Part shown: positions 63,262 through 64,000 of the stretch, in pieces
How positions within the stretch are numbered: the stretch's first letter is position 1
Layout: each line of letters begins with the position of its first letter
Source: the human T2T-CHM13v2.0 reference genome, Homo sapiens
Direction: 5' to 3' (one strand)
Length of the DNA: 64,000 nt
Assembly: GCF_009914755.1 (NCBI RefSeq)
Contig: NC_060927.1
Notes under the pieces: generated by a model
Databases searched by the model: none
Seen by the model: only the letters and a program-made list of their open reading frames with translations
What the model was told of the DNA's origin: nothing
Program-made: the position numbers and the translations under genes

Positions 63262-64000
63262 TAGATTAACAAGAGAAAAGCAAGTATTTTTATTTTTAAC
63301 ATCCATTACACAGAGAAATCTCAGTTCAAAAGCATCTGTCAAAATGGTGACTTTGGGTACCAGCTTATATAGCATATCAAACAAAGGACAATAATAAACA
63401 AAGGGACCTCGGAGTCAAATGGGCCCCCATGCCATCCCCCTTTCCTCATTAAACTTGAAACTTCAAGGTGAATTAAAACCTTTAAGGCCTGGCTCAGGCA
63501 TTAGCCCATCTTCCCTGGAGCAGTCCAGCCACAGACATCTCTCCCTCTTCCAGACTCCTGTAACACAAGACACTTGTCTTGTCCCTTTATTAGCAATTGT
63601 CAAATATTGTCTAATTATTAAGATAAGTTGCTGATAAACATAGATTTTCCTTGGCATTGCAAGGTGCACAAATCTTAGCCTTGGTGGTTAGGTCACGCTG
63701 TACACAATCTGTGATTGCCCTTCTTTCCATTAAAGGTTTCATTATGGGCCATGTGGGATTCTGAATTGCGGACTGAGGCACAAGCAATGTCTTATGGAAA
63801 TCACTGGAGACTAGCAGTGTAGATGGTAGACATGTGACACAGGAGAAAGGGCATATGAACATTTCTTTCTCACATTCTTTGTCAAATTTGGAGTTTTAAT
63901 ATTCCATCTCAAATAAAACCCTGCTGCACAGTATAGGTGTGGAGCTCAGGGTTGTTACACAGGGAACTAGCTGGGTTAGGGGAGGATGTCATTGAGCCCA

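Overview
Primate (human-like) genomic DNA, repeat-dense, with no convincing host protein-coding exon, so it is probably intergenic or intronic. It contains about 32 Alu/Alu-monomer copies, four long decayed L1M remnants, several solo LTRs (MER50, MER4B, MER21, LTR26, LTR8A, MLT1/MST), DNA-transposon fossils (MER44 x2, MER3) and MIR/L2 fragments. There is one full-length minus-strand L1PA2/3-type LINE-1 (about 14976-21049, 16-bp TSD) with intact ORF1 and antisense ORF0 but a disabled ORF2. Almost all ORF-track entries are repeat-derived. The most interesting non-repeat signals are two CpG-retaining segments that fold by eye into multi-stem RNAs on the + strand. One is 32700-32875 (multibranch core plus two potential pseudoknots, a ribozyme-like architecture); the other is 51268-51460. 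There is also a ~570-bp degenerate AT-rich palindrome (38540-39110). Repeat subfamily names come from recalled consensus similarity and their boundaries are approximate; no search or folding program was run.
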